Shown here: one piece after another, positions 27,067-41,031 of the stretch
Layout of the letters: each line of letters starts with the position of its first letter
Position numbering within the stretch: position 1 is the stretch's first letter
Assembly: GCF_006345805.1 (NCBI RefSeq)
Contig: NW_021831864.1
Span: forward strand, 1-64,000
DNA from: Octopus sinensis
Taxonomy: Eukaryota
Direction: 5' to 3'
Length of the DNA stretch: 64,000 nt
Notes under the pieces: model-generated
Databases searched by the model: none
Seen by the model: the letters and a program-made list of their open reading frames with translations, nothing else
Told to the model about the DNA's origin: nothing
Made by a program: the position numbers and the translations under genes

Positions 27067-27633
27067 TTATTATTATTCTCTTTATTATTCTTATTCTTCT
27101 TATTATTATTCTTATTAATATTATTAGTATTATTATTATTATTATTATTAATCTTATTATTATCGGTTTATTATTACTATTATTCCTTATTATTATTATT
27201 ATTATTATTATTTTGGTAAAATTCGGTAAGAATTTTCCAAAAATTTCGTTGAAAATTTTTGGGTAAAATTTTCGGCAAAAATTTTCGAAATATATCGGTG
27301 AAAATTTTTGGGTAAAATTTTCGAAAATTCTTTGGGAAAATTTGAAAATTTTTGGGAAAATTTTTGGGAAAATTTTCTTTGAATTTTTTCTTCGTCTTAT
27401 TATTATTATCTTATTCTTATTCTACTTCTTCTTATTATTATTTTTATTATTCTTCTTCTTATTATTATTATTTTTATTATTAATATTATTATTACAATTT
27501 TTCTTATTATTATTATTCTTATATTCTTATTAATATTCTTCTTCTTATTATTATTATTATTATTATTCTTGTTCTTCTTATTCATCTAATTATTATTATT
27601 ATCATTATTATTATCTTGTCTTCTTATTCATCC

Positions 27634-27664
<31 letters not shown>

Positions 27665-30600
27665 TCTCTTTATTATTCTTATTCTTCTTATTATTATTAT
27701 TCTTACTAATATTATTAGTATTATTATTATTCTTCTTCTTCTTATTATATTATTATTATTCTTAATCTTATTATTATTCTTATTATTATTATCGGTGTTA
27801 TTATTACTATTATTCCTTATTATTATTATTACTATTTGGGTAAAATTTTCGGCAAGAATTTTCGAAAAATTTCGTTGAAAATTTTTCGGTAAAATTTTCG
27901 GCAAAAATTTTCGGAATATATCGGTGAAAATTTTTGGGTAAAATTTTTGAAAAATTTGTGGGTAAAACTTTCGGCAAGAATTTTTAAAAAATTTCGTTCA
28001 AAATTTTTGGTAAACTTTTCGGCAAAAATTCTTTGGCAAAATTTGAAAATTTTGGAAAAATTTTTGGTAAATTTTCGAAAAATTTCGGTGGAAATTTTTG
28101 GGTAAAATTTTCCAAAAATTTGCACGGAAATTTGCTTGAAAATTTTTAGGCAAATTTTCGGCAAAGATTGTCGCAAAATTCGGTGAAAATCAGTGGGTAA
28201 AACTTCGGCAAGAATTTTCGAAAAATTTCGGTGAAAATTTTTGGGTAAAATTTTCGGCAAGAATTTTCGAAAAAATTTTGGTGAAAATTTTTCAAAACTT
28301 TTTGGGTAAAATTTTCGGCAAAAATTTCCGAAAATTTCGGTGAAAATTTTTGGGTACAATTTTCGAAATATTTTGGGTAAAATTTTCGGCAAGAATTTTC
28401 GAAAAATTCCGTAAAAATTTTTGGGTAAAATTTTCGGCTAGAATTTTCGAAAAATTTTTGGGTTAAAGTTTTTGGCCAAAATTTTCGATAAATTTTTGTG
28501 TAAAATTTTCGGTAAAAATTATCGGAAAATTTTTGAGTAAAATTCGAAAAAGTTTGTGAAAATTTTCCAAAAATTTGGGGGTAAAATTTTCGGCGAGAAT
28601 TTTCAAAAAATTTCGGTGAAAATTTTTTGGGGCAAAATTTTCGATAGATTTTGGGGTAAAATTTTCGGCAAGAATTTTCGAAAAATTTCGGTGAAATATT
28701 TTGGGTAAGATTTTCGGAAATTTTTATTCTTCTTCTATTATTATTTTATTCTTCTTCTTCTTATTATTATTATTTTTATTATTAATATTATTATTACAAT
28801 TTTTCTTCTTATTATTATTCTTAATATCTTATTAATATTCTTCTTCTTCTTATATTATTATTATTCTTGTTCTTCTTATTCATCTAATTATTATTATTAT
28901 TATTATTATTATCATTATTATTATTCTTGTTCTTCTCATTCGTCTTATTATTATTATTATTATTATTTTTATATATTATTATTATTATTATTCTCTTATT
29001 ATTCTTATTCTTCTTCTTATTATTATTCTTATTAATATTATTAGTATTATTATTATTATTATTATTATTAATCTTATTATTATCGGTGTTATTATTACTA
29101 TTATTCCTTATTATTATTATTATTATTATTTTGGGTAAAATATTCGGTAAGTATTTTCCAAAAATTTCGTTGAAAATTTTTGGGTAAAAATTTTCGAAAA
29201 ATTCTTTGGGAAAATTTGAAAATTTTGGGAAAATTTTGGGGAAAAATTTTCGTAGAAAATTTTTTCTTCGTCTATCTTATTATTATCTTATTCTTATTCT
29301 ACTTCTTCTTATTATTATTTTTATTCTTCTTCTATTTTATTTATATTTGTATTATAATATTATTTAAATTTTCTTATTATTATTATTCTTAATATTCTTA
29401 TTAATATTCTTCTTCTTCTTATTATTATTCTTATTCTTGTTCTTCTTATTCATCTAATTATTATTATTATCATTATTATTATTCTTGTTCTTCTTATTCA
29501 TCCTATTTTATTATATTATTTTTTTTATTATTATTATTATTATCATTATTATTCTCTTATTATTCTTCTTCTTCTTATTATTATTATTCTTACTAATATT
29601 ATTAGTATTATTATTATTCCCTCTTCTTCTTCTTATTATTATTATTATTCTTAATTATTATTATTATTATTATTATTATCGGTGTTATTATTACTATTAT
29701 TCCTTATTAGTATTATTACTATTTGGGGTAAAATTTTCGGCAAGAATTTTCGAGAAATTTCGTTGAAAATTTTTCGGTAAAATTTTCGGCAAAAATTTTC
29801 GGAATATATCGGTGAAAATTTTTGGGTAAAATTTTTGAAAAATTTGTGGGTAAAACTTTCGGCAAGAATTTTCAAAAAATTTCGTTCAAAATTTTTGGGT
29901 AAACTTTTCGGCAAAAATTCTTTGGCAAAATTTGAAAATTTTGGAAAAATTTTTGGTAAAATTTTCGAAAAATTTCGGTGGAAATTTTTGGGTAAAATGT
30001 TTCCCAAAAATTTGCACGGAAAATTTGGTTGAAAACTTTTGGGCAAAATTTTAGGCAAAGATTGTCGCAAAATTTCGGTGAAAATTAGTGGGTAAAACTT
30101 TCGGCAAGAATTTTCGAAAAATTTCGGTGAAAATTTTTGGGTAAAATTTTCGGCAAGAATTTTCGAAAAAATTTTGGTGAAAATTTTTCAAAACTTTTTG
30201 GGTAAAATTTTCGGCAAAAATTTCCGAAAAATTTCGGTGAAAATTTTTGGGTACAATTTTCGAAATATTTGTGGGTAAAATTTTCGGCAACAATTTTCGA
30301 AAAATTACGGTAAAAATTTTTGGGTAAAATTTTCGGCTAGAATTTTCGAAAAAATTTTTGGGTAAAGTTTTTGGCCAAAATTTTCGATAAATTTTTGGGT
30401 AAAATTTTCGGTAAAAATTATCGAAAAATTTTTGAGTAAAATTTTCGAAAAAGTTTGGTGAAAATTTTCCAAAACTTTTTGGGTAAAATTTTCGGCGAGA
30501 ATTTTCAAAAAATTTCGGTGAAAATTTTTTGGGCAAAATTTTCGATAGATTTTTGGGTAAAATTTTCGGCAAGAATTTTCGAAAAATTTCGGTGAAATAT

Positions 30601-30724
30601 TTTGGGTAAAATTTTCGGAAATTTTTATTTTCTTCTTCTTATTATTATTATTATTTTTCTTTTTATTCTTATTATTCTTATTATTATTACTATTGTTATT
30701 ATAATATTGTTCTTATTATTCTTC

Positions 30725-30769
<45 letters not shown>

Positions 30770-31160
30770 TTATCTTCTTCTTCTTAGTATTATTCTTCTT
30801 ATTATTATTCTTCTTCCTATTATTATTATTATTCGTAAAATTCTTCTCATTATTATTCTTATTATTATTTTTCCTATTATTATTCTTATACTTATTCTTC
30901 TTCTTATTATTATTAATTTTCTTCGTTTTATTATTATTATCTTATTCTTCTTCTTCTTATTATTATTATTTTTATTATTCTTCTTCTTATTATTATTTTT
31001 TTTATTATTAATATTATTATTACAATTTTTCTTATTATTATTATTCTTAATATTCGTATTAATATTCTTCTTATTATTATTATTATTCTTATTCTTGTTC
31101 TTCTTATTCATCTAATTATTATTATTATCATTATTATTATTCTTGTTCTTCTTATTCGTC

Positions 31161-31193
<33 letters not shown>

Positions 31194-31809
31194 TCTTTAT
31201 TCTTCTTATTCTTCTTCTTCTTCTTATTATTATTATTATAATTATATTCTTAATCTTATTATTATTATTATTACTATTATTCCTTATTATTATTATTATT
31301 ATTTTGGGTAAAATTTTCAGCAACAATTTTCGAACAATTTCGTTGAAAATTTTTGGGTAAAATTTTCGGCAAAAATTTTCGAAATATATCGGTGAAAATT
31401 TTTGGGTAAAATTTTCGAAAAATTCTTTGCGAAAATTTGAAAATTTTGGAAAAATTTTTGGTAAAATTTTCATGGAAAATTTTCGAAAAAATTTTGGTGG
31501 AAATTTTTGGGTAAAATTTTTCACAAAATTTTGCACGGAAAATTTGGTTGAAAATTTTTGGGCAAAATTTTCGGCAAAGATTTTCGAAAAATTTTCGGTG
31601 AAATTTTTTGGGTAAAACTTTCGGAAATTTTTCTTCTTCTTCTTCTTCTTCTTCTTATTATTATTATTATATTATTATTTTTCTTTTTATTCTTATTATT
31701 CTTAGTATTATTCTTATTATTCTTATTATTATTTTTTCATTATTATTATTACTATTATTATTATTATTTTTATTATATTATTCTTATTATTCTTCTTTTT
31801 ATTATTATA

Positions 31810-31840
<31 letters not shown>

Positions 31841-32225
31841 AATCTTATTATTCTCATTATTATTATTATTATTATTATTCTTATTATTATTATTTATCTT
31901 CTTCTTCTTAGTAATATTATTCTTATTATTATTATTCTTCCTATTATTATTATTATTCTTAAAATTGTTCTCCTTATTATTTTTCTTATTATTTTTCTTA
32001 TTATTATTGTTATAATTATTCTTCTTCTTATTATTATTTTTCTTCGTCTTATTATTATTATCTTATTCTTATTCTTATTATTATTCTTCTTCTTCTTCTT
32101 CTTCTTATTATTTTTATTATTATATTATTATTACAATTTTTCTTATTATTATTATTCTTAATATTCTTATTAATATTCTTCTTCTTATTATTATTATTCT
32201 TATTCTTGTTCTTCTTATTCATCTA

Positions 32226-32260
<35 letters not shown>

Positions 32261-32292
32261 CATTATTATTATTCTTGTTCTTCTTATTCGTC

Positions 32293-32354
<62 letters not shown>

Positions 32355-32396
32355 TTTATTATTCTTATTCTTCTTATTATTCTTATTAATATTATT

Positions 32397-32448
<52 letters not shown>

Positions 32449-33507
32449 TTAATCTTCTTCTTATTATTATTATTATCGGTGTTATTATTACTATTATTTC
32501 TTATCATTATTATTATTATTTTGGGTAAAATTTTTGCAAAAATTTTCGAAATATATCGGTGAAAATTTTTGGGTAAAATTTTCGAAAAATTCTTTGGGAA
32601 AATTTGAAAATTTTTGAAAAATTTTTGGTAAAATTTTCTTTGAAAATTTTCGAAAAATTTCGGTGGAAATTTTTGGGTAAAATTTTTCCCAAAAATTTGC
32701 ACGGAAAATTTGGTTGAAAATTTTTGGGCAAAATTTTCGGCAAAGATTTTCGCAAAATTTCGGTGAAAATTTGTGGGTAAAACTTTCGGCAAGAATTTTC
32801 GAAAAATTTCGGTGAAAATTTTTGGGTAAAATTTTCGGCAAGAATTTTCGAAAAAATTTTTGGGTAAAATTTTCGGCAAAAATTCCGAAAAATTTCGGTG
32901 AAAATTTTTGGGTACAATTTTCGAAATATTTGTGGGTAAAATTTTCGGCAAGAATTTTCGAAAAATTACGGTAAAAATTTTTGGGTAAAATTTTCGAAAA
33001 AGTTTTAGGTAAAATTTTTGGCCAAAATTTTCGATAAATTTTGGGTAAAATTTTCGGCAAAAATTTTCGAAATATTTGTGGGTAAAATTTTCGAAAAAGT
33101 TTGGTGAAAATTTTCCAAAAATTTTTGGGTAAAATTTTCGGCAAAAATTTTCGAAATATTTCGGTGAAAATTTTTGGGTAAAATTTTCGAAAACTTTGTG
33201 GGTAAATTTTCGGCAAGAATTTTCGAAAAAATTTCAGTGAAATTTTTTGGGCAAAATTTTCGATAGATTTTTGGGTAAAATTTTCGACAAATTTCGGTGA
33301 AATTTTTTGGGTAAAATTTTCGGAAATTTTTATTATTCTTCTTCTTCTTCTTATTATTATTATTATTATTATTTTTCTTTTTATTCTTATTATTCTTCTT
33401 ATTATTTTTTCATTATTATTATTACTATCATTATTATAATATTATTCTTATTCTTTTTCTTTTTATTATTATTATTATTATTATTATTTTTATTATTCTT
33501 ATTATTC

Positions 33508-33572
<65 letters not shown>

Positions 33573-33984
33573 TTTCCTATTATTATTCTTACACTTTTTC
33601 TTCTTATTATTATTATTTTTCTTCGTCTATTATTATTATCTTATTCTTCTTCTTCTTATTATTATTTTTATTATTCTTCTTCTTATTATTATTATTTTTA
33701 TTATTAATATTATTATTACAATTTTTCTTATTATTATTATTCTTAATATTCTTATTAATATTCTTCTTCTTATTATTATTATTCTTATTCTTGTTCTTCT
33801 TATTCATCTATTATTATTATTATTATTATATTATTATCATTATTATTATTCATATTCTTCTTATTCGTCTTATTATTATTATTATTATTATATTATATTA
33901 TTATTTTTTTTTTATTATTATTACTATGATTATTATTATTCTCTTATTATTCTTATTCTTCTTATTATTCTTATTAATATTATT

Positions 33985-34026
<42 letters not shown>

Positions 34027-35545
34027 CTTCTTCTTCTTATTATTATTATCGGTGTTATTATTACTATTATTCCTTATTATTATTATTATTATTTTGGGTA
34101 AAATTTTTGCAAAAATTTTCGAAATATATCGGTGAAAATTTTTGGGGTAAAAGTTTCGAAAAATTCTTTGGGAAAATTTGAAAATTTTGGAAAAATTTTT
34201 TGTAAAATTTTCGTGGTAAATTTTCGAAAAAATTTTTGGTAAAATTTTCGAAAAATTTCGGTGGAAATTTTTGGGTAAAATTTTTCCCAAAAATTTGCAC
34301 GGAAAATTTGGTTGAAAATTTTTGGGCGAAATTTTCGGCAAAGATTTTCGCAAAATTTCGGTGAAAATTTGTGGGTAAAACTTACGGCAAGAATTTTCGA
34401 AAAATTTCGGTGAAAATTTTTGGGTAAAATTTTCGAAAAATTCTTTGGGTAAATTTTGGTGGAAAATTTTCGAAAAGTGTTTGGGAAAATTTTCGAAAAA
34501 TGTTGGGTAAAATTTTCGAAAAATTCTTTGGGAAAATTTTCGAAACGCTTTTGGTAAAATTTTCGGTGAAAATTTTCGAAAATTTTCGGTGGAAATCTTT
34601 GGGTAAAATTTTCGGCAAAAATTTTGGAAAAATTTCGGTGAAAATTTTTGGGTAAAATTTTGGAAAAATTCTTTGGGTAAATTTTGGTGGAAAATTTTCG
34701 AAAAGTGTTTGGGAAAATTTTCGAAAAATGTCGGGTAAAATTTTCGAAAAATTCTTTGGGAAAATTTTCGAAACGCTTTTGGTAAAATTTTCGGTGGAAA
34801 TTTTTGGGTAAAATTTTCGGCAAAAATTTTGGAAAAATTTCGGTGAAAATTTTTGGGTAAAATTTTGGAAAAATTCTTTGGGTAAATTTTGGTGGAAAAT
34901 TTTGGAAAAATTTTTGGTAAAATTTTCAAAAAATTTCGGTGGAAAATTTTGGGTAAAATCCACAGAAATTTTTCGAAAATTTTACTAAAAAGAATTTTTC
35001 GAAAATTTCACCCACAAATTTTCACCGAAATTTTTCGAAAATTCTTGCCGAAAATTTTCGAAAATTTTCGGCAAGAATTTTTGAAACATTTCGGTGAAAA
35101 TTTGTGGGTAAAATTTTCGATAAATTTTTGGGTAAAATTTTCGGCAAGAATTTTCTAAAAATTTCGGTGAAAATTTTTGGGTAAAATTTTCGAAAAATTT
35201 GTGGGTAAAATTTTCGAAAAATTTCGGTGAAAAGTTTTGGGTAAAATTTTCGGCAAGAATTTTCGAAAAATTTTTGGGTAAAATTTTCAGCAAAAATTTT
35301 CGAAAAAATTTCGGTGAAAATTTTTGAGCAAAATTTTCGATAAATTTTTGGGTAAAATTTTCGGCAAGAATTTTCAAAAAATTTCGGTGAAAATTTTTTG
35401 GGTAAAATTTTCGGAAAAAATTTTCTAAAAATTTCGGTGAAAATTATTGGGTAAAATTTTCTAAAAATTTGTGGGTAAAATTTTCGGCAAGAATTTTCGA
35501 AAAATTTCGGTGAAAATTTTGGGTAAAATTTCCGAAAAATTTTTT
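21421..35545. repeat. Composite satellite: blocks of a 49-bp A-tract monomer alternating with (ATT/CTT)n spacers in a ~1.9-2.2 kb higher-order repeat
   Basis: Monomer GAAAAATTTCGGTGAAAATTTTTGGGTAAAATTTTCGGCAAGAATTTTC (e.g. 26342-26390). Blocks start near 21421, 23141, 23764, 25323, 25930, 27211, 27835, 29129, 29720, 31302, 32519 and 34092, most preceded by the landmark ATCGGTGTTATTATTACTATTATTCC. Confidence 0.93.
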
Positions 35546-35969
35546 AATAATATAATAATAATAACTATAATAATAACGATAATAACAATAATAATAATAA
35601 TATTAATAATAATAATAATAATTATAATAATAATGATAATAATATATTTCCATATATATGCTTTTATGTGAAATATAAATCAAAAATGGTTTATTGAAAT
35701 GCTTGTCATTTATCACCTGAGATTGCTAACTAGTTCCACTTTAAAAAGATGGAGCTGTCTAGCATGCGTTACAAATGCATTATTATATTCATACTGTTTA
35801 CGTTGTCACACCACTATTCATATTAGTTATTTTCCATGACCCCATCGTTTCGTCTTCTCTCTCACTTTTTCTCATTTTATCTTATAGCCCCTTTCTTTTC
35901 CTCTTCCTACTTCAACGACTCTGAATGTCTCTCTATCATCTTCCTGTCAACTTCCGTTCCTAGTTACAT

Positions 35970-35980
35970 ACATATATATA

Positions 35981-36052
<72 letters not shown>

Positions 36053-36057
36053 AAGAG

Positions 36058-36107
<50 letters not shown>

Positions 36108-36116
36108 GTAGGTAGG

Positions 36117-36162
<46 letters not shown>
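35970..36162. repeat. Compound (TA)n-(GA)n-(GATA)n microsatellite
   Basis: Direct reading. Confidence 0.95.
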
Positions 36163-36525
36163 TGTTTCTTTATTAGCCACACAGGGCTGCACACAGACAA
36201 CAAATTACAAGGTAGAGCTTTTCTTTTGAGGGTAAAAAAAGGGGGTTGGTTTTCGATCAAAAGGGATCGTATAAGGAAAGAAAGAGGACAAAAAAAGGGG
36301 AGGATTTAAAAAAAAAGAAGGGGGGAAAGGGGAGAGGAAAAAAAAGTTGATCAATAGGGATCGTAATCACAGAAATGTCAATATGAAGTGTAAAGGGGAG
36401 GACAGGTGAGGTTTACCCGTGGAAGGAAAAGCCTACGGAAAAGACCACGGTAACCTCGGTCAATGAAGTCACATGTTATATTTCTTTTTTTTTTGTAAAT
36501 AAGCAACTCTCTGTATTAATTTTTA
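36163..36525 (-). mobile_element. Probable LINE 3' UTR fragment inserted in (GATA)n
   Basis: Minus strand is pyrimidine-rich and ends GTGGCTAATAAAGAAACAT directly before (CTAT)n; a GATAGATAGATA remnant lies on the other side. Confidence 0.45.
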
Positions 36526-36557
36526 GATAGATAGATATGCATATATAGTAGCGTCAG

Positions 36558-36978
36558 TACATAGATAAAGGCTGACAGTTGCCATTCTTCGCGAGAAAAT
36601 GATCTAAATTCTAAACCGATTTATCATTGTTCTGATATTTCTTTTCTGGAACGTGAATTTCTGGCTGCGTTAGCTTGAAGCTATCACCTATTCTCTTAGG
36701 CTTCAGATTGCAGCCTCCATCATTTCCGCACGGGTGTCTCGTGTTTCCTCAAACAGGCTTGTCTATTGACTTGACAATCCAGCCTCTGTCGTTTCTGCTC
36801 TGGTGTCCTTTATTCCAGCAAACTGGCTTCCTTGATTGTTTCAAACTGAAGTTCTACTTTTCGTTGCTCTTGTGTCTCCAGTGTTTATCTATTCTTCTAG
36901 TATTTTCCTAACTCTTCGACTTCTGGAGCGTTGAATTTCAGATGAGTGAAAACTATTATTTTGTCTTCTACGCATCAT
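36558..36978 (-). pseudogene. Decayed Helitron Rep/Hel N-terminal coding remnant
   Basis: Manual translation MMRRRQNN...RSRRVRK / LETQEQRK...RTPEQKRQRLD...HETPVRK*WRL...EEWQLSAFIY shows E(T/S)xEQRxxRL-type repeats followed by AFxY, as in Helitron N-termini; many stops. Confidence 0.55.
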
Positions 36979-37472
36979 ATTGAATGTTCTAAAGTTAATA
37001 AATTGAAAAAAATCAAAAGTAAATCGCGTAAGATTTCATTCATGTTTTTTTGTTTCTAAATTCAATCATGCGGCTTTATTCCATCCAGTTAATAAACCTC
37101 ATAAAAATCTGTCAAGTATAACAATTCTACCTTATTTTTTATACATATATTACCCAACTTCACTTCACAGAACGAAAATAGGATTGCTTCGAATTATAGC
37201 ACATGATAACACAAGGAATATACAAATTGATATATGGCAGAAGACTGACGTCTCACCCCTCACACCCCATCAGACTCACACACACACACACACACACGCA
37301 AATGCACACACGTACATTGAACTTTTCTCACTCACGCTTTTCTATTCCGGCATCTACTACGTTTTTCGTCAAATTCAAAGAAGATCATCTCGTGTTCAGC
37401 AAATATCTTTTCTCAGTAAAAGTTTTGATAGTGTGCTTATTGTGTCCTGAAATCGTAATTCTCCAGCTTTTT

Positions 37473-37990
37473 AGGGTTTTTTTGAAAATTTTACCGAAAA
37501 ATTTTTGGAAAATTTTCACCAAATTTTTTTCGAAAACTTTACCGAAAAATTTTCACCGAAATTTTTCTAAAATTTTTGCCGAAAATTTTACCCAAAAATG
37601 TCCACCGACATTTTTCGAAAATTTTCACCGAAAATTTTACCAAAAATTTTTCGAAAATTATCCACGAAATTTTACTCAAAAATTTTGCTGAAAATTTTCG
37701 AAAAATTTTTAGGTAAAAATTTTTGAGTAAAATTTTCGGAAACAATTTTCGAAAAATTTCCGTGAAAATTTTTGGGTAAAATTTTCGGTAAATATTTTCG
37801 AAAAAGTTTTGGTGAAAATTTTCCAAATATTTTTAGGTAAAATTTTCGGCAAAAATTTTCGAAAAGTTTCGGTGAAAATTTTTGGGTAAAATTTTCTGCA
37901 ATAATTTTCAAAAAATTTCCGTGAAAATTTTTGGTTAAAATTTTCGGCAAATATTTTCGAAAAAGTTTTGGTGAAAATTTTCCAAATATT
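37473..37990. repeat. Isolated block of the 49-bp A-tract satellite with an internal strand switch
   Basis: About 37480-37690 is in reverse orientation (TTTTCACCGAAA, TTTTACCC) and about 37700-37990 is in forward orientation. Confidence 0.9.
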
Positions 37991-38371
37991 TTTATTTTTA
38001 ATATTATTATTATTATTCTTACTATTCTTAATATACTTATTTTCTACTTCTTATTATTATTTTTTTATTTTTGTTATTACTATTATTGTTATCAATATTA
38101 TTGATTATTCTTATTATTCTTCTTCTTATTATTATTATTTTTATTATTGTTATTCTTTTTCTTCTTAATCTTATTATTTTTATTACTATTATTATTATTG
38201 TTATTATTCTCATTCTTTTTATTCTTCTTCTTCTTCTTCTTCTTATTATTATTCTTATTGTTATAATTATAATTCTTACTCTTCTTCTTATTATTATTAT
38301 TATTACTATAATTATTATTCTTATTATTCACCTTCTTCTTCTTCTTCTTCTACTTCTTCTTCTTCTTCTTC

Positions 38372-38410
<39 letters not shown>

Positions 38411-38485
38411 TTAATCTTATTATTATTGTTGTTATTACTATTATTCTTCTTATTATTATTCTTATTACTTTTATTATTATTATTC

Positions 38486-38516
<31 letters not shown>

Positions 38517-40387
38517 CTTATTCATCTTATTATTATTATTCATATTATTATTATTATTTTTATTCTTCTTCTTCTTCTTCTTATTATTATTCTTAATCTT
38601 ATTATTATTGTTATTCTTCTTATTATTATTTTTATTATTATTATTCTTATTATTATTCTTCTTCTTCTTATTATTATTTTTATTATTATTATTATTGGTT
38701 GTTGCCGGCGCCGTCCCGTCTAGCCTCCGTGTCGGTGGCACGTAAAAGCACCATCCATTCGTGTCCGTTGCCAGCCTCGCCTGCCCCCCGTGCAGGTGAC
38801 ACATAAAAGCACGAACCGTTCGTGGCCGTTTGCCAGCTCTGTCTGGCCCCTGCATCGGTGGCACGTAAAAGCACCATCCGTTCGTGTCCATTGCCAGCCT
38901 CGCCTGGCCCCCGTGCCGGTGACACGTAAAAGCACCATCCGTTCGTGGCCGTTTGCCAGCTCTGTCTGGCACCTGTGCGGGTGGCACATAAAAAGCACCC
39001 ACTACACTCACGGAGTGGTTGGCGTTAGGAAGTGCATCCAGCCGTAGAAACACTGCCAGATCAGACTGAGCCTGATGCAGCCTTCTGGCTTCACAGACCC
39101 CAGTTGAACCGTCCAACCCATGCTAGCATGGAAAACGGACGCTAAATGATGATGATGGTGATGATGATTATTATTATTATTCTCATTATTATTATTATTA
39201 ATATCATTATTCTTATTATTATTCTTCTTCTTATTATTATTATTATTATTAATATTATTATTATTCATAATATCATTATTCTTTTTCTTCTTCTTATTAT
39301 TATTTTTATTATTATTATTAATATTATTATTATTATTATTATTCTTTTCTATTCTTATTCTTCTTCTTATTATTATTATTATTATTTTTATTATAATTAT
39401 TATTATTACTATTATTATTATTATTATTATTACTATTCTTCTTCTTCTTATTCTTATTATTCTTTTTATTATTATTCTTATTCTTCTTCTTCGTCTTATT
39501 ATTATTATTACTATTATATTTATTCTTCTTCTTCTTCTTCTTATTATTATTATCATTATTATTCTTATTATTATTATTTTTATTATTATTCTTACTATTC
39601 TTATTATAACTCTTCTTCTTCTTATTATTACTATTATTCTTCTTCTTATTCTTCTTCCTCTTATTCTTATTATTCTTCTTCTAATTCTTCTTATTATTAT
39701 TATTATTTTTCTTCTTCTTCTTCTTCTTATTATTATTCTTATTCTTCTTCGTCTTATTATTATTATTACTCTTATTATTCTTCTAATTCTTCTTCTTTTT
39801 CTTCTTCTTATTATTATTCTTATTCATCTTCTTCTTATTATTATTCTTCGTATTATTCTTATTATTATTACTTTTCTTATTATTCTTCTAATTATTATTA
39901 TTATTATTATTATTTTTCTTCTTCTTCTTATTATTATTATTATTAATATTATTATTATTATTCTTAATATAATAGTATTATTATTCTTCTTCTTTCTTAT
40001 TATTCTTCTTATTATTATTATTATTTATACTATTCTTCTTCTTCTTATTATTATTATTATTCTTATTCTTATTCTTCTTATTATTATTATTACTCTCATT
40101 CTTCTTCTTCTTCTTCTTCTTATTCTTATTATTATTATTATTATTCACCTTCTTCTTCTTATTATTATTTTTCTTCCTATTATTATTATTATTATTTTTA
40201 TTATTTTTATTATTATTATTATTCTTCTTCTTCTTATTATTATTATTATTATTATAATTATTATTTTTATTCTTCTTCTTATTATTCTTCTTCTTCTTCT
40301 TCTTCTTCTAATTATTATTATTATTATTATTATTATTTTTCTTGTTCTTGTTGTTGTTGTTCTTCTTCTTCTTCTTCTCATTATTAC

Positions 40388-40438
<51 letters not shown>

Positions 40439-40483
40439 TATTATTCTTCTTCTTCTCTTATTATTATTATTATTATTATTATT
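37991..40483. repeat. (ATT/CTT)n low-complexity array interrupted by a family C element
   Basis: Direct reading. Confidence 0.93.
38697..39167 (+). mobile_element. Family C retroposon with internal 61/62-bp alternating tandem units
   Basis: GGTG(G/A)CAC(G/A)TAAAAGCAC motif at 38734, 38795, 38857, 38918 and 38980, then GGTTGGCGTTAGGAAG..CATCCAGC and a (GAT)n tail. Confidence 0.85.
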
Positions 40484-41031
40484 AACATGAAGAGAAACAT
40501 TTTCTTTTAATTAGTTTTATTATATAACTATAACATTTTATATTATTTACAGTAGGAAAGATAACTTTGTCGTGAAGAAAAACGACTATAATTTCATTAA
40601 CTAATTTCTCAATTCTAGCTAATACATTAGCCAACAAATCAAAATAGACTTGTGATTAACTTAGACATGGCATGAAAATTACCGATGTCTCAAAAGAGTG
40701 AGTGTCGTGGAGTTCAGTGACATCCAACAAACACTGAAATTTTTCCCAAAATCCAGGGTTTTTATAACTGCTCAACTTGACTAAAAAGAATCGAAATCCA
40801 TGACAAATATTCTTTACGAAACTTTTAGAATCTTCATATGAGCAGTTATATTAACCAATGGAAAAAACGAAAATTATAATTCTTCGGCAAAGACATTACG
40901 TCATATTGCCAATTCGCGCCACATTTCAAAAAGGCTAAAATGCTTCATGACAAGTTATCTCTCCTACTGTAAATAATATAAAATGTTATATTTATATAAT
41001 AAAATTAAAAGAAAATGTTTCTCTTCACGTT
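40484..41031. repeat. ~90 bp inverted repeats enclosing a duplicated 370 bp segment
   Basis: 40484-40577 is the reverse complement of 40943-41031; 40573-40942 is repeated at 41503-41646 plus 41799-42016. Confidence 0.9.

Noticed and set aside
35740-35810. YNNAF-like Helitron motif on the minus strand
   Set aside because: Only five residues with no supporting flanking similarity.
10269-40381. Dozens of long poly-Ile/Leu/Tyr/Asn and KILPKNF-type ORFs
   Set aside because: They are translations of (ATT/CTT)n and the 49-bp satellite, open in several frames on both strands, with no domain or splice evidence.
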